NCBI GenBank assembly: GCA_900769695.1
Contig: CAAGHO010000042.1
Span: forward strand, 268-64,267
Reading direction: 5' to 3'
DNA: 64,000 nt
From: Bacilli bacterium
GTDB taxonomy: Bacteria > Bacillota_I > Bacilli_A > RF39 > UBA660
Within the stretch, counting starts at the first letter, position 1. Every line of letters begins with the position of its first letter. Position numbers and translations under genes: made by a program. Below are positions 1-7,404 of this stretch, piece by piece. Under the pieces are notes generated by a model. The model saw only the letters and a program-made list of their open reading frames with translations. It ran no database searches and was not told where the DNA came from.

Positions 1-2
1 CA

Positions 3-1271
3 GGAAATCTAGATATAGTGTTAGATGAAGGAAATAGTATAACTTTGAAAAATGAAGTACCAAGAAGTTATAGACAAGGAATGGAAACTACTGAATATAC
101 ATTTACATTAACAAATAATAGTAGTTTAAGTAATTATAAAATATCTCTTAAAGATATAAATGAATACGTTAATGAAGGCAATAACGAAAAAGTAACAATA
201 ACAGCAGAAAATAGAATAGATGATTCAAAAATAAGATATATCTTGTTAAAAGATGGAGAAGAAGCATCGGCAAATAAATCAAAAATCTTAACAGATAGAA
301 TACTTGATTCTGGTACAATAGAAAAGGGACAAACTATAAAATATAGCTTAAGAGTATGGATAGATTCACGTGCAGGAGATAATAATACAGAATCTGAAGT
401 AATGGGAAAAATATTTGGTGTAAGACTTAGCTTAATTGCAGAACAAACTTCAAATAAAATAATTCCAACAGCTAAAACAATATGTAAAAGAGCAACAACA
501 CTGCATACAGAAGAATGTAATAATGGCCGTTGCGTTTCCGATGGATATGAAGTAAGTGGAAGTAAAGGTACAACAACTATTACCTATGGAAACTTAGGAA
601 CAGAAGGTACTCTAACAAGTGGAGATGCCTTTGATTGTGATGTAAACGGTGATGGAGTATATGATTCTACAACCGAAAGATTTTATTATGTAAGTGATTA
701 TTATAATACTTCTACAAAGAACTTTGAAGAAGATACAGCAGTACTTGTTTATTATAATAATGTAAGTGGTGGTTTACCATTGAATTCAGCTACATATCTT
801 TATGATGAGTCTGGAAGAAATAGCAATGGACCAGTAACAGCTATAAAACAACTTCCTACAACAACACAATGGAGTAATGTCAAATTGAAAAATACAGTAA
901 GAACAATTTTAACAAATACTTTAGAGGATGAAACAAATAATGGAAAACTTCCAACAGCTTTTAGTTATGATGGATATGCCACAAGACTTATAACAACAAG
1001 TGAAATAGGAAAAGGGTGTGGATTTTCATTAGAATCAACAGGTGCTGCTCAATCGATTAAATCTTGTTTATATTTGTTAGAAAATACTTATTATTCAAAT
1101 AGAGATTATAAACGTCATTGGTGGACAGAAACACCGGTTAGGGTAAGCCCATATTATATTTGGGGTGTTCAAGCAGATTATTCTGAAGTAAATTGGGATA
1201 TGGCAAATTATAATGGCGATGTTGGTGTTCGACCAGTAATCGAAGTAGCAAAAACTAATATTGAATATTAA
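3..1271 (+). CDS. TasA/camelysin-like secreted protein, paralog A (5' end outside window), with Cys-rich C-terminal module
   Basis: Frame is open from the window edge. GNLDIVLDEGNSITLKNEVPRSY aligns just after the signal peptide of paralogs B/C. The TasA-like domain ends RVWIDSRAGDNNTESEVMGKIFGVRLSLIAEQTS, followed by CKRATTLHTEEC, a DCDVNGDGVYD loop and a GVRPVIEV tail. Confidence 0.6.
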   Translation, partial: GNLDIVLDEGNSITLKNEVPRSYRQGMETTEYTFTLTNNSSLSNYKISLKDINEYVNEGNNEKVTITAENRIDDSKIRYILLKDGEEASANKSKILTDRILDSGTIEKGQTIKYSLRVWIDSRAGDNNTESEVMGKIFGVRLSLIAEQTSNKIIPTAKTICKRATTLHTEECNNGRCVSDGYEVSGSKGTTTITYGNLGTEGTLTSGDAFDCDVNGDGVYDSTTERFYYVSDYYNTSTKNFEEDTAVLVYYNNVSGGLPLNSATYLYDESGRNSNGPVTAIKQLPTTTQWSNVKLKNTVRTILTNTLEDETNNGKLPTAFSYDGYATRLITTSEIGKGCGFSLESTGAAQSIKSCLYLLENTYYSNRDYKRHWWTETPVRVSPYYIWGVQADYSEVNWDMANYNGDVGVRPVIEVAKTNIEY

Positions 1272-1272
1272 A

Positions 1273-1299
1273 AAAGAAAATCATTGCGATTTTCTTTTT
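1273..1299 (+). terminator. Rho-independent terminator of paralog A
   Basis: 8-bp stem AGAAAATC/GATTTTCT, 5-nt loop, then a T-run directly after the stop. Confidence 0.6.
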
Positions 1300-1330
1300 A
1301 CGTAAAATTAAGTTTAAATTAATATAATGT

Positions 1331-1358
1331 TTGACTAACATAAAAAGAATAGTATATT
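1331..1358 (+). promoter_or_regulatory. Sigma-A-type promoter of paralog B
   Basis: TTGACT (1331-1336), 16-nt spacer, TATATT (1353-1358). The same block recurs almost verbatim at 2836. Confidence 0.5.
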
Positions 1359-1384
1359 CTAATAATAGAAGGAAGTGTGTAGAA

Positions 1385-2776
1385 ATGAGTAAGAATAATA
1401 AAAAATTACTAATAGTAGTTTTAGTTTTAACTATGGCATTGGTAATAGGGACAACATATGCGTGGTTAAGATTAACTAAGAATTCTAATACTGTAAATAA
1501 GATAACTGCAGGAAATCTAGATTTAGTATTAGATGAAGGAAATAGTGTAACTTTGAAAAATGAAGTACCAAGAAGTTATAAACAAGGAATGGAAACTACT
1601 GAATATACATTCACATTAACAAATAATAGTAGTTTAAGTAACTACAAATTATCATTAAAAGATTTAGCTAAATATACAGATGAAGATGGACAAGAAACTG
1701 TAGTAGCAGATGAAAATAGAATAAATGATTTTAAAATAAGATATATTCTATTAAAAGATGGAGAAGTAGCAACAGCAGATAAATCAAAAATACTAACAGA
1801 TAGGATAATTGATACTGGAACAATTAAAAAAGGACAAACAATTTCCTATAGTTTAAGAGTATGGATAGATTCACGTGCAGGAGATAATAATACAGAATCT
1901 GAAGTAATGGGAAAAATATTTAACGTAGAGCTTAGTTTAGTAGCAGAACAAACAAGTCAAATTACATCAGCAGCTAATAAATTATGTAAAAGAGCAACTA
2001 CATTACATACAGAAGAATGTGAAAATGATTATTGCAGAGCAGATGGATATTATATAACTGGTGAGATGAAAACAGCAACAGTAACATATGGAAATTTAGG
2101 GGTAAAAGGGACTTTAACAAGTGGAGATGCATTTGATTGTGATGTTAATGGCGATGGAGTATATGATTCTGAAACAGAAAGATTTTATTATGTATCAGAT
2201 ATGACAAATGGAGTAACAAGTGACTCTAATACAGCAGTATTAATTTACTATAGTAGCGTAAGTAATGGTTTACCATCAAATTCAACAACTTATTTTTATG
2301 ATGAAGATGGACACAATAATAATGGTCCTATAACTGCAGTTAAACAACTTCCAACAACAAGTCAATGGAAAAATGTAAGTCTAACAAATACAAAAAGAAA
2401 AATTACAACAGAAAAAGAAACAACAGAAACGGCTGCAGGAACTATTATAGAAGAATTTGATTATTCTGGGTATGCTGCAAGATTATTAACATATCAAGAG
2501 GCAAATAATGGTTGTTATGATGGAACAACAACTGTAGATTCATTTTACGGTGTAAGAACAAAGTGTAAGTATTTATTAGAAAATACAAAATATTCATTAA
2601 AAAATTCACCAATTGAAAATGAGTGGTTAGAAACTCCTGAAAGTAGATTCTATTTTAATTCATGGGCTATTGATATTATTGGTCGTCAAATAAATACTAG
2701 GCAAGTGAATTCTGATGCTGGTCCGTGTAGTGTCAAACCAGTAATCGAAGTTGCAAAAACAAATATTGAATATTAA
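1385..2776 (+). CDS. TasA/camelysin-like secreted protein, paralog B, with Cys-rich C-terminal module
   Basis: MSKNNKKLLIVVLVLTMALVIGTTYAWLRLTKNSNTVNKITAGNLDL matches the SipW-cognate/TasA-type signal peptide pattern. RBS GAAGGAAG lies upstream. Domain end LSLVAEQTS, then CKRATTLHTEEC, DCDVNGDGVYD and VKPVIEV. Confidence 0.65.
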   Translation: MSKNNKKLLIVVLVLTMALVIGTTYAWLRLTKNSNTVNKITAGNLDLVLDEGNSVTLKNEVPRSYKQGMETTEYTFTLTNNSSLSNYKLSLKDLAKYTDEDGQETVVADENRINDFKIRYILLKDGEVATADKSKILTDRIIDTGTIKKGQTISYSLRVWIDSRAGDNNTESEVMGKIFNVELSLVAEQTSQITSAANKLCKRATTLHTEECENDYCRADGYYITGEMKTATVTYGNLGVKGTLTSGDAFDCDVNGDGVYDSETERFYYVSDMTNGVTSDSNTAVLIYYSSVSNGLPSNSTTYFYDEDGHNNNGPITAVKQLPTTSQWKNVSLTNTKRKITTEKETTETAAGTIIEEFDYSGYAARLLTYQEANNGCYDGTTTVDSFYGVRTKCKYLLENTKYSLKNSPIENEWLETPESRFYFNSWAIDIIGRQINTRQVNSDAGPCSVKPVIEVAKTNIEY

Positions 2777-2777
2777 A

Positions 2778-2805
2778 AAAGAAAATCGTAATGATTTTCT
2801 TTTTA
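2778..2805 (+). terminator. Rho-independent terminator of paralog B
   Basis: Stem AGAAAATC/GATTTTCT with loop GTAAT and a T-run. Homologous to the hairpin at 1273. Confidence 0.6.
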
Positions 2806-2835
2806 CGTAAAATTAAATTAAAATTGGTACAACGT

Positions 2836-2863
2836 TTGACTAACATAAAAAGAATAGTATATT
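2836..2863 (+). promoter_or_regulatory. Sigma-A-type promoter of paralog C
   Basis: TTGACT (2836-2841), 16-nt spacer, TATATT (2858-2863). Duplicate of the 1331 block. Confidence 0.5.
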
Positions 2864-2888
2864 CTAATAATAGAGGGAAGTGTGTGTG

Positions 2889-4493
2889 ATGAAAGAAATA
2901 ATGAAGAAAAATAAAAAAACGTTAGTTGTTATTCTGATTTTACTTTTAGTATTAGTAATAGCTTCAACATATGCATGGTTAAGCATAACAAAGAATTCTA
3001 ATACAGTAAACAAGATAACAGCAGGAAATCTAGATTTAATACTAGATGATACAACAAGTGATGGTATAAAGTTGGAAAAAGCTGTTCCAATATCAGATAC
3101 AGAAGGGGAAAAAGGAACAGAATATACATTTACATTAGAAAATAAAGGAACAGTTGATCTTAATTATTATTTATATTTAAATGACATTGATTTAGCAGAA
3201 GGAGAGACAAGATTAGAAGATAATAAAGTAAGATATAAATTAGTAAAAGACGATAATGTTTTAACTGCATCAAATATTGGTATGTATAGAATTGTTTTTG
3301 TAGAAGGAAATTATACATTTGACTTTGATATAACAACACATAAGTTTTCAAGCGTTGTACAATCAGATGGTAGTACTGTTACTGGACTTGCTGATTATTT
3401 AAATAGTCAATTATCAGAAAATGCTACATTTAATGATGGATATCAGGTTGTTAAAAAAACATTTGGTTCAAGTAATACTTATAAAATAATTAGAGAAAGA
3501 AATTCGAAATTAATATCTTCTATGAAAAAGAATAGCGACAATAAAATTTTAGACAATGGTCAGATTAATAGCAAGCAAAAAATTACATATAAACTTCAGA
3601 TATGGATAGACAAAGATGCAGAAACAGAAGTAATGGGAAAAATCTTTAATGCAAGACTTAGTTTAAAAGCAGAACAAAAAGGAATTATTTTGCCAACAAA
3701 AACTGTGTGTAAAAGAGCAACAACGCTTCACACAGAAATTTGTTCAAATGAAGATAATTCAGGATTTTGTCAAACAGACGGATATGAATTAAATGGTACA
3801 ATAACATATGGAAACTTGGGAACTAAAGGAATTTTAACTAGTGGTGACGCTTTTGATTGTGATGTCAATGGTGATGGAGTATATGATTCTGCAACAGAAA
3901 GATTTTACTATGTATCAGATATGACAAATGGAGTAACAACTGATGCAAATACAGCAGTATTAATCTACTATAATAATGTAAGTGGAGGAGTAGCATCTAA
4001 CTCAACTGGTTATGTATATGATTCATCTGAAAAAAATAATAATGGACCAGTAACGGCAATAGAACAATTACCAACAACAAGTCAATGGAAAAATGTAAGT
4101 CTAACAAATACAACAAGAACAATCACAAATGAAAATGGTGGTAGTACAACAAGTGCAGGAAATCTTCCCACAGCCTTTAGTTATGAAGGATATGCAGCAA
4201 GACTATTAACATATCAAGAGGTATATAATGGTTGTTATGATGGATCAACTAGTATAAATTCAACTAAAGGGTTAAGTACAAAATGTAAATATTTAATGGA
4301 AAATACATCATACTCATCAAGTAGTTTAAAAACGTCTGGAGGATGGCTAGAATCACCTTCGTTTAAATCCACGACGGGAGCTTGGAGTACACTCGCTTAC
4401 AGCCGTTACGTCTATAGTTGCTCTGTCTACAATCCTAGTGACTCTGGAGTTCGTCCTGCTATCGAAGTACCAAAATCAAATATCTTATATTAA
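2889..4493 (+). CDS. TasA/camelysin-like secreted protein, paralog C, with insertion in the N-domain and Cys-rich C-terminal module
   Basis: MKEIMKKNKKTLVVILILLLVLVIASTYAWLSITKNSNTVNKITAGNLDL. About 100 extra residues sit inside the TasA-like domain relative to B. Domain end RLSLKAEQ, then CKRATTLHTEIC, DCDVNGDGVYD and GVRPAIEV. ATG 2889 lies 8 nt after GGGAAG; ATG 2901 is an alternative start. Confidence 0.65.
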   Translation: MKEIMKKNKKTLVVILILLLVLVIASTYAWLSITKNSNTVNKITAGNLDLILDDTTSDGIKLEKAVPISDTEGEKGTEYTFTLENKGTVDLNYYLYLNDIDLAEGETRLEDNKVRYKLVKDDNVLTASNIGMYRIVFVEGNYTFDFDITTHKFSSVVQSDGSTVTGLADYLNSQLSENATFNDGYQVVKKTFGSSNTYKIIRERNSKLISSMKKNSDNKILDNGQINSKQKITYKLQIWIDKDAETEVMGKIFNARLSLKAEQKGIILPTKTVCKRATTLHTEICSNEDNSGFCQTDGYELNGTITYGNLGTKGILTSGDAFDCDVNGDGVYDSATERFYYVSDMTNGVTTDANTAVLIYYNNVSGGVASNSTGYVYDSSEKNNNGPVTAIEQLPTTSQWKNVSLTNTTRTITNENGGSTTSAGNLPTAFSYEGYAARLLTYQEVYNGCYDGSTSINSTKGLSTKCKYLMENTSYSSSSLKTSGGWLESPSFKSTTGAWSTLAYSRYVYSCSVYNPSDSGVRPAIEVPKSNILY

Positions 4494-4506
4494 TACTAAA
4501 AAAAAG

Positions 4507-4545
4507 AAAAGACTTGAAATTTAAAATTGAAAATCAAGTCTTTTT
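4507..4545. terminator. Bidirectional terminator between paralog C and def
   Basis: 11-bp stem AAAAGACTTGA/TCAAGTCTTTT flanked by an A-run and a T-run, between convergent genes. Confidence 0.6.
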
Positions 4546-5092
4546 ATATTGCTCTATATTTATCTTGATCTTTATAAGGATTGTTTTTATCAATATGGTC
4601 ATAGAATAATATTCCGTTTAAATGATCTATTTCATGTTGAAAGGCGATAGCAACTTCTTCACGAGCTCTAACTCTTATTTTATTTCCTTTCTCGTCATAT
4701 CCTTCAACAGTAACTCTTGCGTATCTTGGAACAATTCCATCAATTTCACGATTAACACTTAAACATCCTTCACCTAATTCAACATAAATCTTTTCCATTG
4801 AATTAGATACAATTTTTGGATTAATAATTATATAGTTTTCAAATTTTCCTTCATCATATTCATTAACAACAACAAAATATCTTTTAGGAATACCAAGTTG
4901 AATTGCGGATAGTCCCATACCAGGCCTTAAATCATACTTTTCTGCTAATTCCTCAATTTGGCTATTAGTTAAGTATTCAATCATTTCATCTATATGCTTT
5001 TTATCTTCATCTGATAAAGGTAAAACTACCTCTTTGCTAACTTCTCTTAATCTTTTATCTTTTTCATCTATAATATCTTTAGTTTTTAACAT
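4544..5092 (-). CDS. def: Peptide deformylase
   Basis: All three deformylase motifs are present: GMGLSAIQLG, EGCLS and HEIDHLNG. Confidence 0.95.
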   Translation of the reverse strand: MLKTKDIIDEKDKRLREVSKEVVLPLSDEDKKHIDEMIEYLTNSQIEELAEKYDLRPGMGLSAIQLGIPKRYFVVVNEYDEGKFENYIIINPKIVSNSMEKIYVELGEGCLSVNREIDGIVPRYARVTVEGYDEKGNKIRVRAREEVAIAFQHEIDHLNGILFYDHIDKNNPYKDQDKYRAI

Positions 5093-5142
5093 AGTATCAC
5101 TTCCTACGTCTATATTTTATCAGAAATGTTTTGTTTTTTAAA

Positions 5143-5172
5143 GCAAAAAAAAGAAAACATGGTAGTTTTCTT
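5143..5172 (-). terminator. Terminator of the small YjcZ-like gene
   Basis: On the minus strand, stem AAGAAAAC/GTTTTCTT with a 6-nt loop, followed by a T-run (the A-run at 5144-5150 on plus). Confidence 0.55.
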
Positions 5173-5184
5173 ATAAAAATTATA

Positions 5185-5352
5185 TTATTGAGCCCAACGA
5201 GTTCCAATAACAATAACTAAAAGAATAAATAATACTAAAATAATTGCATAGATAGAGCTGTTGTTATTATTTCCACAACAACTAGTTGGATAACACATTT
5301 GTGGATATGATTGCGAACAACCACAATTTGATCCGCCACCATAGTAATACAT
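5185..5352 (-). CDS. YjcZ-like tiny Cys/Gly-rich membrane peptide (55 aa), absent from the ORF track
   Basis: My translation: MYYYGGGSNCGCSQSYPQMCYPTSCCGNNNNSSIYAIILVLFILLVIVIGTRWAQ. GGAGG lies 9 nt upstream of the ATG and a terminator lies downstream. The hydrophobic tail IILVLFILLVIVIG resembles the YjcZ/tiny-TM sporulation peptide family. Confidence 0.6.
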   Translation of the reverse strand: MYYYGGGSNCGCSQSYPQMCYPTSCCGNNNNSSIYAIILVLFILLVIVIGTRWAQ

Positions 5353-5492
5353 ATGACATAGCCTCCTTTTACTTAATCTATTATAAGTTATGTAAATTTT
5401 TGTATTTTGTTAATTAAAGTTATCTAAAAGTATATTAGGCTATAAATTATTTGAAAATTATGTTATTATAATATAAGAAAGGTAAGATATGT

Positions 5493-6650
5493 ATGGCTAA
5501 AAAACAAAAGGAAAAACATATTTTAAGATATTTAGATATGCCACTATTAATTACTACTGTAATTTTATTTGTGATTGGTTTAATTATGGTTTTTTCTTCA
5601 TCAAATGTAACAGCATATATGTCTCATGCAGTTAGTCCTTATAATTATTTTATAAAACAAGGAATATTTTTAATTGTTAGTTTAATATTTTCTCTTATAA
5701 TGATAAGATTTAATACAAAAGTATATGGAATGCTTTCATGGATTTTACTTGTAGGTATAAGTGCTAGTTTAGTAATACTTCTTATCTATGGTAAAACAGT
5801 CAATAAAGCTATAAGTTGGTTTGATTTTGGTTTCTTTAGTGTTCAGCCAAGTGAATTTATAAAAGTAATTATTATTATTTGGATCTCGAGATATTATGAA
5901 GTTAATTCTAAAGGATTAGATTCTTATACGAAATCTCTATTTCCTTTGTTTGTTGCAGCAGGTATAGCTGTACTAATTATGTTACAACCAGACTTAGGTA
6001 CTGCTATAATATTTTCAGCAATTGTTTTTTTCTTGTTTGTTGCATCACCAATTTCCAAAGAAGTAAAATCAAAAACATTACTTGGATGTGTTGGAGCTAT
6101 CGCAGTAGTTTTAATGACCATAGTAACAACAGGGGGAAGCTTGTTACAAGCAAGACAACTTTCTAGATTTGATTTTAGAAATCCTTGTTCTAAACTTTTA
6201 ACTAATGGTTCCCAAGTGTGTAATGGTTATATTGCGATTAATAATGGAGGACTTACTGGTGTAGGGTTAGGTAATTCCACTCAAAAATATTTATATTTAC
6301 CGGAACCTTATACAGATTTTATTTTTGCGGTTATAGTAGAAGAGATGGGATCAATTTTTGGAGTTGGAATTATTCTTTTATATATGTTTATTTTATATAG
6401 AATTTTATTAATAGGAAGAAATAGTTATACTAATAGAGGATCGTTGATGTGTTATGGAGTAGCTATTTACATCTTCTGTCATATAGCTGTAAATCTTTTG
6501 GGTTTATTTGGCTTAATTCCATTAACCGGTGTACCTCTTCCATTTATGAGTTATGGAGGTTCATTTACAATTTGCTTAGTTGCAGCATTAACAATAGTTC
6601 AAAGAGTAAATATTGAAAATAAAATAAGAGATTCATTAAAGGAAAAGTAA
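5493..6650 (+). CDS. SEDS-family peptidoglycan polymerase (FtsW/RodA/SpoVE)
   Basis: Polytopic membrane protein of about 385 aa with typical SEDS segments (QPSEFIKV, LQPDLGTA, PLPFMSYGGS). Confidence 0.85.
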   Translation: MAKKQKEKHILRYLDMPLLITTVILFVIGLIMVFSSSNVTAYMSHAVSPYNYFIKQGIFLIVSLIFSLIMIRFNTKVYGMLSWILLVGISASLVILLIYGKTVNKAISWFDFGFFSVQPSEFIKVIIIIWISRYYEVNSKGLDSYTKSLFPLFVAAGIAVLIMLQPDLGTAIIFSAIVFFLFVASPISKEVKSKTLLGCVGAIAVVLMTIVTTGGSLLQARQLSRFDFRNPCSKLLTNGSQVCNGYIAINNGGLTGVGLGNSTQKYLYLPEPYTDFIFAVIVEEMGSIFGVGIILLYMFILYRILLIGRNSYTNRGSLMCYGVAIYIFCHIAVNLLGLFGLIPLTGVPLPFMSYGGSFTICLVAALTIVQRVNIENKIRDSLKEK

Positions 6651-6696
6651 GCAACTTTTCTTTTTTTCTACAATAATATTTGTAGGAGGTAGTTAT

Positions 6697-7404
6697 ATGT
6701 CATTTCATTATAGATATCGAAAGCAAATATTTATTTTTCTTTTTTGTCTCATTTTAGTTGGTGGAGGTGTAATTTCTTACTTTTCATTTTTTAATGAAAA
6801 AGATTCTAAACCTAAAGAAAAAATAGTTTTACAAAAGAAGAAAGAGACGACTAAAAAGAATAAGAAACAAGAATTGGAAGAAAACATAGCAAAAGAAATC
6901 ATGGTTGATGTAAAAGGATTTGTTGTAAATCCTGGAATTTACAAATTAAAAGAAGAAAGCAGAGTAATTGATGCGATAAATGCTGCAGGTGGAGTTTTGG
7001 AAGGCGCTGATACTAGTGTTTTAAATTTAAGTAAGAAACTTAAGGATGAAATGGTAATTATAGTTTATAGTTCTTATCAGGTAGAAAACTTTAAAAAAGT
7101 CAAAGAGGAAGAACAACAAATTCAAGATGGATGTATTAATGGAGTAAATGAAGTAGAAAATGATGCTTGTATTGAAGAAAATGAAGAAGAAAAAGGTGAA
7201 GAAAAAGAAAGTACTTTAGTTTCAATTAATACTGCAACTTTGGAAGAATTAATGACTTTAGAAGGTGTTGGTGAAGCTAAAGCTAAATCAATAATTGCTT
7301 ATAGAGAAGAACATGGACCATATCAAGCAATTGAAGATTTGTTAAATGTTAGTGGTATAGGAGAAAGCCTACTTGCTAAGATTAAGGAAAATATTACTTT
7401 GTAA
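6697..7404 (+). CDS. comEA: ComEA-family DNA receptor
   Basis: N-terminal TM segment, an SLBB-like segment (VDVKGFVVNPGIYKL) and a C-terminal double helix-hairpin-helix (INTATLEELMTLEGVGEAKAKSII...VSGIGESLLAKI). Confidence 0.85.
   Translation: MSFHYRYRKQIFIFLFCLILVGGGVISYFSFFNEKDSKPKEKIVLQKKKETTKKNKKQELEENIAKEIMVDVKGFVVNPGIYKLKEESRVIDAINAAGGVLEGADTSVLNLSKKLKDEMVIIVYSSYQVENFKKVKEEEQQIQDGCINGVNEVENDACIEENEEEKGEEKESTLVSINTATLEELMTLEGVGEAKAKSIIAYREEHGPYQAIEDLLNVSGIGESLLAKIKENITL

Noticed and set aside
3160-3351. 63-aa minus-strand ORF inside TasA-like paralog C
   Set aside because: It is antisense to a well-supported CDS. Its low-complexity Leu/Tyr/Asn-rich translation is typical of AT-rich antisense frames, and it has no RBS.
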